Source of the DNA: an uncultured Gemmatimonadales bacterium
GTDB taxonomy: Bacteria > Gemmatimonadota > Gemmatimonadetes > Longimicrobiales > RSA9
Direction of reading: 5' to 3'
Assembly: GCA_963798845.1 (NCBI GenBank)
Contig: CAWCUS010000005.1
Location: 288,001-352,000, forward strand
Length of the DNA stretch: 64,000 bases
Position numbers and translations under genes: made by a program. The notes beneath the pieces are model-generated. The model did not search any database and was not told the DNA's origin. It was given only the letters and a program-made list of their open reading frames with translations. Shown here piece after piece: positions 38,006-47,073 of the stretch. Numbering within the stretch: the first letter of the stretch is position 1; each line of letters starts with the position of its first letter.

Positions 38006-40463
38006 ATGAGCTGGATCATCGACGTCCGGACACTCGGGTCGGACATCCACCACGCCCTCCGGAGGATGCGGAGATCGCCCGGGCTGACGGCTGGCGTGGT
38101 GTTGACGTTCGCGCTCGGGATCGGCGCGGCAACGACGATGTTCGGGATCCTGGACCGCGTGCTGCTGAGTCCTCCGGACGGCATCGCCCGACCGGCCGGG
38201 GTGAAGCGGGTGCTGAATGAGCGGTACCTGGACTGGCTCGGCCAACGCAAAATGTCGGAGGCCACGTCCGTGGTGGCCCTCGAGAAGCTCGAGGGAACGC
38301 CGCAGTTCGCGGACCTCGCGGGGTGGGCGCCGGTCCCGCTCGTGGTCGGGAACGGGCGGGAGGCGACGGAAGTGCCGGGTATGCTCGTGACGGCCAACTA
38401 CTTCGGCCTGCTCGGCGCACGGCCTGCCCTGGGGCGCTTCTTCGCCGACGCGGAGGACCAGCGGGGCGCCGAGCCGGTCGCGGTCCTGAGCCATGGGTTC
38501 TGGCAGCGGCGCTACGGAGGCAGCGCCGACGTTCTGGGGCTGTCGGTGGATTTCGGTCAGGGCCCGTACGCCGTGGTGGGCGTGGCCCCGCAGGGGTTCA
38601 CCGGCGTCGACATGCTTCCGGTGGACATCTCGGTTGCCGCTGCGCTCCGCCGGGGCGGCCCTGTTCGGCGACCCGCGCTGGTTCACCGATCCAGGGTGGA
38701 ACTGGGTGCGCCTGGTGGCGCGCATGGCTCCGGGCGCGAGCGTGGCCGGGGCGGAATCGGCGGCCACCACGCTCTATCGACGCAGCCACCCGGACGAGGA
38801 TCCGGAAGCACGCGTGGTGGTGGCCCCGCTCATGGCGGCGCGAGGCCCCATGGCCTCGACGGAGTCGGCTGTCTCCCGCTGGCTGTTCGGCGTCACCGTG
38901 CTCGTGCTCCTGATCGTGGCTGCCAACATCGCCAACATGCTCCTGGCCCGCGGGCTCCGGCAGCGCCGGGAGATCGGAGTCCGGCTCGCGCTCGGGGCTA
39001 CGCGGGGTCGCCTGGTTCGCGAGTCGGTCGTCGAGGCGCTGCTCATGGCGGCCCTGGGCGCGCTGGCCGCTCTGGTGCTGGCGCAATGGGGTGGCGCAGC
39101 CGTGCGCGCGGCGCTGCTCCCCGACCCCGCCGCGGCCACGTCCGGCATCAGCGGTCGTGCCGCGATCTTCGCCGGAGCGGCGTCGGTGCTGGCCGGTCTG
39201 GTCTCCGGGATTCTGCCGGCCATCCAATCGACTCGAGCCGACGTGCACGAGACGCTGAAGACGTCCGGACGCGGTGTGGTACCCGGTGCCGGCCCGACCC
39301 GCGAGTCTCTCGCGGTGCTCCAGGTGGCGCTCTCGGTCGTGCTCCTGGTCGGTGCGGGACTGTTCATCCGGAGCCTCCTGCACGTCATGTCCACCGACCT
39401 CGGGATCGACGTGGACCACGTGCTCGTCGCCATGCCACAGTTCGACGAAGGTACGGGCACGGCGGAACGCGAGCGGACCTTTGCCGCGATCGCGGAACGG
39501 CTGCGAGCCAACCCGGCTGTGGCGCACGCCAGCGCCGTGGCCGGCTCCCTTCCCTTCATCCAGTCCCGGAGTGGCGACCTCTACGTGCCCGGAAGGGACT
39601 CGGTGCCGACGCCTCCGCAGGGCGGACCCTATCTGTCGGCCGTCGAGCCCGACTACTTCGAGACGCTGGACCTGGCAGTGGTTGAAGGGCGGGGCATCGA
39701 AGCCAGCGACCGAAACGGCAGCGAGCCGGTGGTCGTCATCAACCGGACGCTGGCGCGATGGCTCTGGCCGGAAAGCAGTGCCGTCGGCCGGTGCATCCAG
39801 GTGATCTCCGACGCCTCCCCGTGCCGCACCGTGGTGGGCGTTGCCGAAGACGCCCATCGACACCGGTTGGTGGAGGAGCCAGCGGCGCAGGTCTATCTGC
39901 CGCTGGCCCAGGGTGGGCTCGACCGTGAGACCGAGGGCGTCCTCGTCCGGGGGCGGCGCGGCGCACAGGGACTGTCCGAGCTCGTACGGACTGAGCTTCT
40001 GGCCGGCGGCCGGGTCAGGTTCGCTGGCGTGCGGAGCCTCGGCCAGATCGTGGCCCCGCAGTCGAGGCCGTGGCGCGTGGGCACCCTGCTGTTCTGCGCC
40101 TTCGGCCTGCTCGCCGTGGCCGTGGCCACGATCGGCATCTACGCCGTCCTCGCGTTTTCCGTCGCACAGCGCTTGCGAGAGCTGGGGGTTCGCGCCGCAC
40201 TGGGTGCGGACCGCGCCCGTCTGATCCGGCTCGTTGCCGGCCGCTCGCTTCGGCTGGTCGCGCTGGGCGTCACCCTGGGCCTCGCCGCGGCGGCCGCGGC
40301 CGCGGGGCGACTCGGACCACTCCTCCAGGGCGTGTCTCCCCACGACCCGTTGGTGTTCGGCGCCGTGGCTCTGGTCCTCGCGTGCGTGGGACTGTTCGCG
40401 GCCGCGATCCCGGCCCGCCGCGCGACGGCGGCCTCTCCGCTCGACGCGATGCGGGCCGAGTAG
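38006..40463 (+). pseudogene. ADOP/MacB-FtsX duplicated ABC permease with +1 frameshift at about 38631 (pseudogene or sequencing error)
   Basis: First frame ALRRMRRSPG..LTFALGIGA..; second frame LLIVAANIANMLLAR..REIGVRLALGA, QVALSVVLLVGAGLF, RELGVRAALGA; junction ATC T(C)GG TTG CCG restores VDIWLP. Confidence 0.88.
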
Positions 40464-40690
40464 GGCCGCTGCTCCGGTAAGGGCGCACCCGCCTCTTCTG
40501 GATGGCGCTCGGCACCGGACCCTCCGCCTCAGGGCCGTACGGCGCCGTTCGGGTCACCCCGCGACCATCTCGTGCCCGGCGCGTTGCCCGGACACACGCC
40601 CCGTGGGAACCGTTCAGAAGTCGGAATGCGGCCCGCGCGTGACGCCGCCGACCCGCATCGCCCTCGCCCCATTCGCAGGAGGACGTTCTC

Positions 40691-41227
40691 ATGCAGCGAA
40701 TTCTTTCGGTCCTTCCATACGTGATGGCTTGGCCTGCCGCGGCCGCGGCCCTAGCGGGTCCCGTCGCGGCGCAGGTCTCGCCACGGTGCGCGGACGCGGA
40801 GTTCAGACAGATGGACTTCTGGGTCGGGAACTGGGATGTGACGGACGCGAGCGGCGAGAAGGTGGGGGAAAGCACCGTCGCGCCCATGCTGAGCCGGTGC
40901 GCGGTGCGGGAGGAGTGGCGCTCCGGAGAGATGATCGGCACGAGCGTGAACATGTACGACAAGCCGTCGGGCGTGTGGCGCCAGATGTGGGTGGACAACT
41001 TCGGCGCCGTGCTCCGCATGGAGGGCGGGTGGTCGGCGGGGAGCATGGTGCTGAGCGGCGAGCGAAAGGGGGCGGACGGGAAGGTGCGCCAGCTCCGCGT
41101 GACGCTCACCCCCATGGAGGACGGCTCGGTGCGACAGCGCCAGGAGCGCTCGGAAGACGGAGGGAAGTCGTGGACCGTGATCTTCGACGCACGCTACACC
41201 TCGAAACCGCGAATGTCCCCGGAGTGA
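40691..41227 (+). CDS. Secreted hypothetical protein (DUF1579-like), homologous to 29227..29784
   Basis: AGGAGG RBS; C...FRQMDFWVGNW, CAVREEW, WRQMWVD, SEDGGKSW. Confidence 0.78.
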   Translation: MQRILSVLPYVMAWPAAAAALAGPVAAQVSPRCADAEFRQMDFWVGNWDVTDASGEKVGESTVAPMLSRCAVREEWRSGEMIGTSVNMYDKPSGVWRQMWVDNFGAVLRMEGGWSAGSMVLSGERKGADGKVRQLRVTLTPMEDGSVRQRQERSEDGGKSWTVIFDARYTSKPRMSPE

Positions 41228-41398
41228 TCCGGCGCCGGCAGTGGCCCTGGCCGCGGTGGTAAACGGGACCCGACCCGCCATCTGGTGGTTCGAGCGTACC
41301 GGCTCGTCACCAGCGCCACGCGTCCCGGAACGCCTCGATTGTTTCGCATGCCGCCCATGGTCAACGTGCTGCCAGCGTGATCCTGTCCTGGAGGGCTC

Positions 41399-43651
41399 TT
41401 GTTCGTCACACGGTTCGCACTGCCAAGACCTCGTCGCGGCCGCCGATCGGGGCTCGCCACCGCGCTGCTGGCCCTGGCGTTCGTTCACGGAGGCGGGGCG
41501 CACGCTTCGGCGCAGGAGCCCCCCCTGATCCTGCAGCGCGCCTCGGGACCCCTGAAGATCGATGGGGTCGTGGACGAACCCGCCTGGATCGTCGTCCCGC
41601 CACTCCCTGTGGCGATGTCGGGGCCCCGATTCGGGGTCAGCCCGAGCGAGCCCACCGAAATCCGCGTCGCGTACGACGACGCGTTTCTCTATTTCTCTGG
41701 CGTGTTTACCGCCGAACCGGGTGCCATCCGGTCCCGCAGCCTGACCCGGGACCGCTGGGGCGACGGGGATCTCTTCGAAGTGGTGGTCGACGGGTACGAC
41801 GACAACGAGACCGGCACCGGCTTCGCCACCAACCCCGCGGGCGCGCGCATCGACTTCGCCATCTCCCACGACGCGGAGGGCGGGGGCGACAACGAGCTCA
41901 ACCCGCCAGTGAACCGGGCCTGGAACGCCCCCTGGACGGTGGCCACGACCCGCACGGAGGAAGGCTGGTCGGCCGAGATGAGGATCCCGCTCTCCACGCT
42001 GCGATTCCAGCCGAACGCGGACGGCACCGTGGTCATGGGCCTGCTGGTGCGCCGCTATATCGCGCACCGGAACGAAGAGGTGACCTTCCCGGCGATCCCG
42101 GAGTCCTGGTCCGGAGGGTACCGGAAGCCGTCGCTCGCCCGGGCCGTGCAGCTGCAGGACGTCCAGCCGTCGCGTCCCCTCTTCGTGACGCCGTATATCC
42201 TCGCCGGTCAGGATCGACAGCCCGCCATGGAATCCGCAGGTTTCAGCTCGGAGGCGACCCGCGAGATCGGAGCCGACCTCAAGGTGGGTCTGGCCGACAA
42301 TCTCGTTCTGGACCTCACTGCAAACACGGATTTCGCGCAGGCAGAAGCGGACGCGTTCCAGGTCAACCTGAGCCGCTTCAACCTCTTCTACCCCGAGAAG
42401 CGGAGCTTCTTTCTCGAACGGGCCGGCGTGTTCGACTTCCGGACTCGCGGCGATGATCGGCTCTTCCACAGCCGACGGATCGGTTTGGGGCCCGAAGGGC
42501 AGCCGGTGCGGGTCCTGGCCGGCGGTCGCCTCGTCGGTCGCGTCGGCGATTGGGACCTCGGAACCCTCGATATCCAGACTGCCGAAACGGCTCTCGCGCC
42601 GTCCGAGAACTTCGGCGTACTGCGAGCCCGCAGGCGCATTGTCAACGACAACTCGTTCGCGGGCGGGATGTTCACCAGCCGGCTTGCCGCGGGAGCCCCG
42701 GCGCGCCTGGCCTACGGCCTGGACGCGTCGCTTTACCTTGGTGCATCCACCTACCTCTCTGCGAGTTTCGCGCAAGCGGCGAACGGAGCGGCGCCGGATC
42801 TCGGATCGTCCGCCGGGCTGCTGTCGCTTTCCCGTCGCTCGCGGGTCGGCTTCGGGCACTCCCACGCCGTCTCGTGGAACGGCCCCGAGTACGACCCGGC
42901 GGTGGGCTTCGTCGGCCGCCGCGGAGTCCTCATCGACGAGACCAGCAGCGAGTTCGCGTGGCGCGGATCGGCGGGCTCCCCCATCCAGCGCATCGGGCCG
43001 ACACTCCAGAGCGTGCTGGTCGTCCGCGACCGGGACCGGGGCGTGGAATCGCTGGAGCTGGCTCCGGGCTGGGCAGTCACCTGGAAGTCCGGCCTCTACG
43101 CGAGCGTCGAGGCGAACCTCTACTACGAGCACGTAGGCGAGCCCCTGGCCCTGGGCCATGCCACCATCCCGGTCGGCCACTACTGGTTCCGATCCGCGCG
43201 CGTCTTCCTGAGCCTGCCCGCCACCCGGACATTCAGCACCCGGGTCTACTTCCGGAAAGGCGCCTACTACGACGGGGACTGGACCCTTCTCATCCTGAAC
43301 CCGTACGTCCAGCTGTCCGAGCGGCTCCAGCTCGGCCTCGACCTGCAGCGCACACGGGCCACCTTCCCCGGTGACCGGGTGCCCTTCGACCCGGACCTGA
43401 TCCGTCTCCGTGCCGACCTGGCGCTCAACCCTCGCCTCTCCGCCAGCGCTCTGCTCCAGTACACCAGCACCGAAGGCGAGGGCGCCGCCAACGTCCGGCT
43501 CCGGTACAACTTCGGAGAAGGCCGCGACATCTACCTGGTCTACAACGAAGGCCTGTCCGTTCCCGATGGCCTGGCGTGGTCCGCGGTCTCCTCGCAAGGC
43601 CGAACAGTGGTCGGGAAAGTGACCTATGCGTTCGCCGTCCCCTTCAGCTGA
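41399..43651 (+). CDS. CBM9-like plus DUF5916 outer membrane protein (start uncertain)
   Basis: IDGVVDEPAW, TEIRVAYD, GWSAEMRIP, NTDFAQAEAD..QVNLSRFNLFYPEKRSFFLE, LFHSRRIG. Confidence 0.88.
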   Translation: MFVTRFALPRPRRGRRSGLATALLALAFVHGGGAHASAQEPPLILQRASGPLKIDGVVDEPAWIVVPPLPVAMSGPRFGVSPSEPTEIRVAYDDAFLYFSGVFTAEPGAIRSRSLTRDRWGDGDLFEVVVDGYDDNETGTGFATNPAGARIDFAISHDAEGGGDNELNPPVNRAWNAPWTVATTRTEEGWSAEMRIPLSTLRFQPNADGTVVMGLLVRRYIAHRNEEVTFPAIPESWSGGYRKPSLARAVQLQDVQPSRPLFVTPYILAGQDRQPAMESAGFSSEATREIGADLKVGLADNLVLDLTANTDFAQAEADAFQVNLSRFNLFYPEKRSFFLERAGVFDFRTRGDDRLFHSRRIGLGPEGQPVRVLAGGRLVGRVGDWDLGTLDIQTAETALAPSENFGVLRARRRIVNDNSFAGGMFTSRLAAGAPARLAYGLDASLYLGASTYLSASFAQAANGAAPDLGSSAGLLSLSRRSRVGFGHSHAVSWNGPEYDPAVGFVGRRGVLIDETSSEFAWRGSAGSPIQRIGPTLQSVLVVRDRDRGVESLELAPGWAVTWKSGLYASVEANLYYEHVGEPLALGHATIPVGHYWFRSARVFLSLPATRTFSTRVYFRKGAYYDGDWTLLILNPYVQLSERLQLGLDLQRTRATFPGDRVPFDPDLIRLRADLALNPRLSASALLQYTSTEGEGAANVRLRYNFGEGRDIYLVYNEGLSVPDGLAWSAVSSQGRTVVGKVTYAFAVPFS

Positions 43652-43695
43652 ACCCCGCGCCCGCCGGCTCTCCGGCAGTGCCTCCGCCCCAACCC

Positions 43696-44904
43696 TCACG
43701 ACCCCGAGTGCTGTCCGTGAGCGGAGCTCGACCCGCCGGCGGGGCGCGGGTCGACACCGGACGCGGCCGGCAGGAGGTAGTCGGTCAGCAGCCGATCGGT
43801 GAGGGCGTGGGCGTCGGACTGTCCGAAGTTGGTGGTCGTGATGGCGATGGCCACGCCGAGGCCCGGGAAGCCGATCACCTTCTGACCCCCGTTTCCCGTC
43901 ATCATGAACGCGCGCTCGCCGGCGACCGTCGGCAGCCACCAGAGGTAGCCGTAGTCCACGTCGGTGCGGACGCGGGCGCGCGCCTCGAGCGACTCCCGCA
44001 CCCACGTCTCCGGCACCACCCGTACCCCGTTGCGCACGCCGCCATCCATGTACAGCTGGACGATCGCCAGCAGGTCACGGCTGCGCATGCCCAGACCGCC
44101 GCCGGTCATGGCCGTCCCGGTCGGGGCGAACTGCCACTCCACCCGCTCGATCCCCATCGGGGAGAAGAGGTGCTCGGCCGCCCACTCCGCGAGCGGCCCG
44201 CCGATGGCGCGCTCGAGCACGAACCCGAGCGTGGTCGCCCCGGCCGTGCAGTACGACCACGAGCGGCCGTACGGCGACTCCTCCGGCCTGGGGACCCAGG
44301 CCGGGAATCCGCGGATCGGCAGGTCGAGGGTGAAGCGGGCCCAGTTCTCCACGAGGTACATCCGCTCCTCGTTGCCCCGGGAGAAGCTGTTGTCATCGTC
44401 GCATTCCAGCAGCGAGCTCATGGTCATGAAGTCGCCGATGGTGATCGAGTCCTTGCGCGGATCCGGGAACGCGAACGGCCGCAGCTCCGGGAAGAAGCGG
44501 GCCACGCGCTCGTCCACGCCCCGCAGCTGGCCCTCCTGGATGGCGATGCCCACCAGCACGCTCGTTATGGTCTTGGTGGCGGAGCGGGTGTTGCGCAGCG
44601 CCTCCCGGCCTCCTTCATCGAAGTACTGCTCGTACGCGAGCGAGCCGTGCACCGCCATGAGGACGCTCGTGACCCGGCCGAAGTCGCCGCCCCGGATGCC
44701 GTTCTCCATGGCATGCAGCAGCGTCGTGTCCAGCCCGGCGGCCGCGGGATCCTGGACCGGCCAGTCGCCGGACGCGGGAGACGTCGCCTGCGCCGATACG
44801 GCGCTCACGCCGCCGGTCACCCCGAACGCGAGCACGAGGACGATGGACAGTCCACCTTTCTGGCGCGGCATCGCAAAGCGAGCAAGCACGTCGTTTCGCA
44901 GCAT
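43696..44904 (-). CDS. Secreted serine hydrolase, beta-lactamase class C/NylB-like
   Basis: SxxK (RSATKT), WSYCT, YGYLWW, GNGGQ. Confidence 0.88.
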   Translation of the reverse strand: MLRNDVLARFAMPRQKGGLSIVLVLAFGVTGGVSAVSAQATSPASGDWPVQDPAAAGLDTTLLHAMENGIRGGDFGRVTSVLMAVHGSLAYEQYFDEGGREALRNTRSATKTITSVLVGIAIQEGQLRGVDERVARFFPELRPFAFPDPRKDSITIGDFMTMSSLLECDDDNSFSRGNEERMYLVENWARFTLDLPIRGFPAWVPRPEESPYGRSWSYCTAGATTLGFVLERAIGGPLAEWAAEHLFSPMGIERVEWQFAPTGTAMTGGGLGMRSRDLLAIVQLYMDGGVRNGVRVVPETWVRESLEARARVRTDVDYGYLWWLPTVAGERAFMMTGNGGQKVIGFPGLGVAIAITTTNFGQSDAHALTDRLLTDYLLPAASGVDPRPAGGSSSAHGQHSGS

Positions 44905-45106
44905 GGGTGCGCCTGTCTCGGGTCGGAGGATCAGAGAATGGTCGCGCCGCGCGCGCGCGGCAACGTCCGTGGCACGAGATGGTCCGCTCCCGTGATCGAC
45001 CGCGTCGGTTGGAATACGAGGGTCCCTGGCGGTGACCGCCGTAGTGAAGGAACCGGCGGAGCGGGCTCGCGGCGAAACACCCGAAACCCGCGCCGTTCCT
45101 GCAAAG

Positions 45107-45190
45107 CGGAGGGCCGGGGATTCGAACCCCGATGGGCTTGCGCCCGGCGGTTTTCAAGACCGCTGCCTTACCAGTTAGGTCTAGCCCTCC
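45107..45190 (-). tRNA. tRNA-Ser (anticodon TGA), CCA not encoded
   Basis: GGAGGGC...GCGGT-CTTGAAA-ACCGC, long variable arm GGGC-GCAA-GCCC, GGTTCGAATCC, GCCCTCC-G acceptor stem. Confidence 0.95.
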
Positions 45191-45221
45191 AGGAGGCCGC
45201 GAGCGGGACGGGGGATCGCGC

Positions 45222-45253
45222 TCCCCCTCCCCCTCCCCCTCCCCTACCCTACC
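45222..45253. repeat. (CCCCCT)n degenerate tandem repeat just upstream of tRNA-Ser
   Basis: Directly visible C-tract array. Confidence 0.8.
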
Positions 45254-45395
45254 ACGGCCCGCGGCACAAGATCGCGCCGCGAGCGGCCGCTGACCAGAGC
45301 GGTCCGCGGCCGGCTGCCGGTGGCGCGCCGAGGAGGACGAGCCGGAGCTCGCCCCGGAGCGGCGCGCTCGCGGCCGGCCGCGGCGCGCCTGCCGG

Positions 45396-47009
45396 CTATG
45401 CCGATGGGGTGGCGCCGAGCGTCTTCTGACCGATCCTGAAGATCACGAACTCAGCCGGCTTCAAGGGCGCGACGCCGATGGCGCAGACGAGGCGACCATT
45501 GTCGATGTCGGCGCGGGTCATGGTCGAGCGGTCGCACTTCACGAAGAACGCCTCCTCCGGCTTCGTGCCCGTGAGCCCGCCCTCGCGCCAAACGGTCATC
45601 AGGAAGTTCTCGATGTTCTGCCGCACCCGGGTCCACAGGGGCTGCCCGTTCTCCTCGAAGACCGCCCACCTCGTACCCCTGTCGATCGATTGCTCGAGGT
45701 AGATGAGCAGGCGTCGAACGTTCACGTACTTCCATTCCGGGTCGGCCGACATGGTGCGGGCACCCCACACCAGGATGCCGCGACCGACGGGACGGAAATC
45801 TCGGATCACGTTCACGCCGCGCGGGTTCAGCGTGTCCTGCATGCCGCGCGTGACCTCGAGCTCGAGATCCAGGGCGCCGACGAGCGGGGCATTCGCGGGC
45901 GCCTGGTGCACGCCGGCCTCGGCGTCGGTGCGTGCATAGACGCCCGCGACATGGCCCACCGGCGGCACCAGGATGCGGTCGCGGCCGTCGGGACTCGCCA
46001 CGTGGATCCACGGCCAGTAGATGGCGCCGAACATGGTAGGCCGATCGTTGACGATGGTGCCGACCTCGCGCTGGCCGGCGGCGACGGACAGGATCGCGAA
46101 GCGGTCGGAAAGCCGCTCGCACTGGCCGATGATCTCGTCCGAGAGGTCGGAGCCGAAGTCGTGCTCGTCCGGCGCAGCCAGCAAGGTGACTTCGTCCACG
46201 CGCTCCAGACCGAGCAGCCCGGTCGCGAAGTGGACCTGCTCTCCGTTGCGCGCGAGCGGGCCCTCCTCGGAGCCGCGATAATCCGCGAGCGTGAGCGGCG
46301 CGCCGTCGTCGCCGTTCGCCAGCCTGACGAACTGCGTGTTCGCCGGGCGGCTCGCGCTCGCGACACCGCCCTTCCACTCTCCCGAGACCAGGCTGGAGCC
46401 GCGCAGCGCAGCGAGGACGTAGCTGGCGTCCCCGGGGTCGGCAGACAGATCGTCGTAGACCTCCAGGTGATCGGGCCGGCGGAAGTGGGGATCCGCGTGC
46501 GCTCCCCGCCGGCTCGGATCCACGAACCTTCCGGCGGCCACGGGCGCCGGGACCGTAGCGTAGCAGGCCACGACGAGGCGGAACCGGTCCGGTGGCGGGC
46601 TCGTCGGATCGGCCGGGTCGCGGCTGGTCGGGTCCGTCACCGCGACGACGATGTTGTTGCCCCTGGCGCCGGGGCCGAGCGCGCTCAGCACGAGCGGCCC
46701 GAGGGTATCGCCCGAGCTCGCGGTGCGGGCTGGAGTCGCCTCATCGATGCTGACCACCCGGGCGATGAACGCGCGCCGGCCGCCGTTCTCGAAATAGCCC
46801 CTGACGGCATGCGGCATGTGCGACGTCGCACCCTGCCCCGCGGCCCCGCCGTACAGCCGCTCGAACTCAGCCCAGCTCGTCACCAGCCGGACTTCCGAAG
46901 GCCCGCGCTCCGTCGGGCCCACGATGCCCAGGCTGCTGGTGGCGACCCCCTCGATCGGTTTCGTTCGGATCTCGTCCACGTGCACGCCTGGGGACCTCTG
47001 CTCGGGCAT
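45396..47009 (-). CDS. Contractile tail sheath protein of eCIS (Afp/PVC-like) type, with no other tail genes nearby
   Basis: SPGVHVDEI, GPTERGP, YFENGG, IYWPWI, GHVAGVYARTD..GVHQAPAN, LNPRGVNVIR, VWGARTM, WKYVNVRR, EAFFVKCD, APLKPAEFVIFRI. Confidence 0.95.
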   Translation of the reverse strand: MPEQRSPGVHVDEIRTKPIEGVATSSLGIVGPTERGPSEVRLVTSWAEFERLYGGAAGQGATSHMPHAVRGYFENGGRRAFIARVVSIDEATPARTASSGDTLGPLVLSALGPGARGNNIVVAVTDPTSRDPADPTSPPPDRFRLVVACYATVPAPVAAGRFVDPSRRGAHADPHFRRPDHLEVYDDLSADPGDASYVLAALRGSSLVSGEWKGGVASASRPANTQFVRLANGDDGAPLTLADYRGSEEGPLARNGEQVHFATGLLGLERVDEVTLLAAPDEHDFGSDLSDEIIGQCERLSDRFAILSVAAGQREVGTIVNDRPTMFGAIYWPWIHVASPDGRDRILVPPVGHVAGVYARTDAEAGVHQAPANAPLVGALDLELEVTRGMQDTLNPRGVNVIRDFRPVGRGILVWGARTMSADPEWKYVNVRRLLIYLEQSIDRGTRWAVFEENGQPLWTRVRQNIENFLMTVWREGGLTGTKPEEAFFVKCDRSTMTRADIDNGRLVCAIGVAPLKPAEFVIFRIGQKTLGATPSA

Positions 47010-47073
47010 GGCTCGCCTCCGTCGGTGCGTGTCCGTCATCACATCAATGCGCGCGATCGCGGTGCGGGCCGGC

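Noticed and set aside
40751..44005. 1084-aa minus-strand ORF and similar long ORFs (30582..33449, 49230..52718 upstream part, 46816..49254, 23215..25485)
   Set aside because: Stop-poor shadow frames typical of very high-GC DNA, Arg/Pro/Ala/His-rich and opposite well-supported genes
43696..44904. Beta-lactamase resistance gene
   Set aside because: SxxK fold only; looks like the broad esterase/amidase branch, so resistance cannot be supported
45107..45190. tRNA as a prophage or island attachment site explaining the sheath gene
   Set aside because: No integrase, no duplicated tRNA 3' end and no other phage genes seen; the sheath lies on the 5' side of the tRNA
45107..45190. Possible selenocysteine or suppressor tRNA
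   Set aside because: Anticodon is TGA (reads UCA, Ser), not TCA; 7-bp acceptor stem and ordinary variable arm
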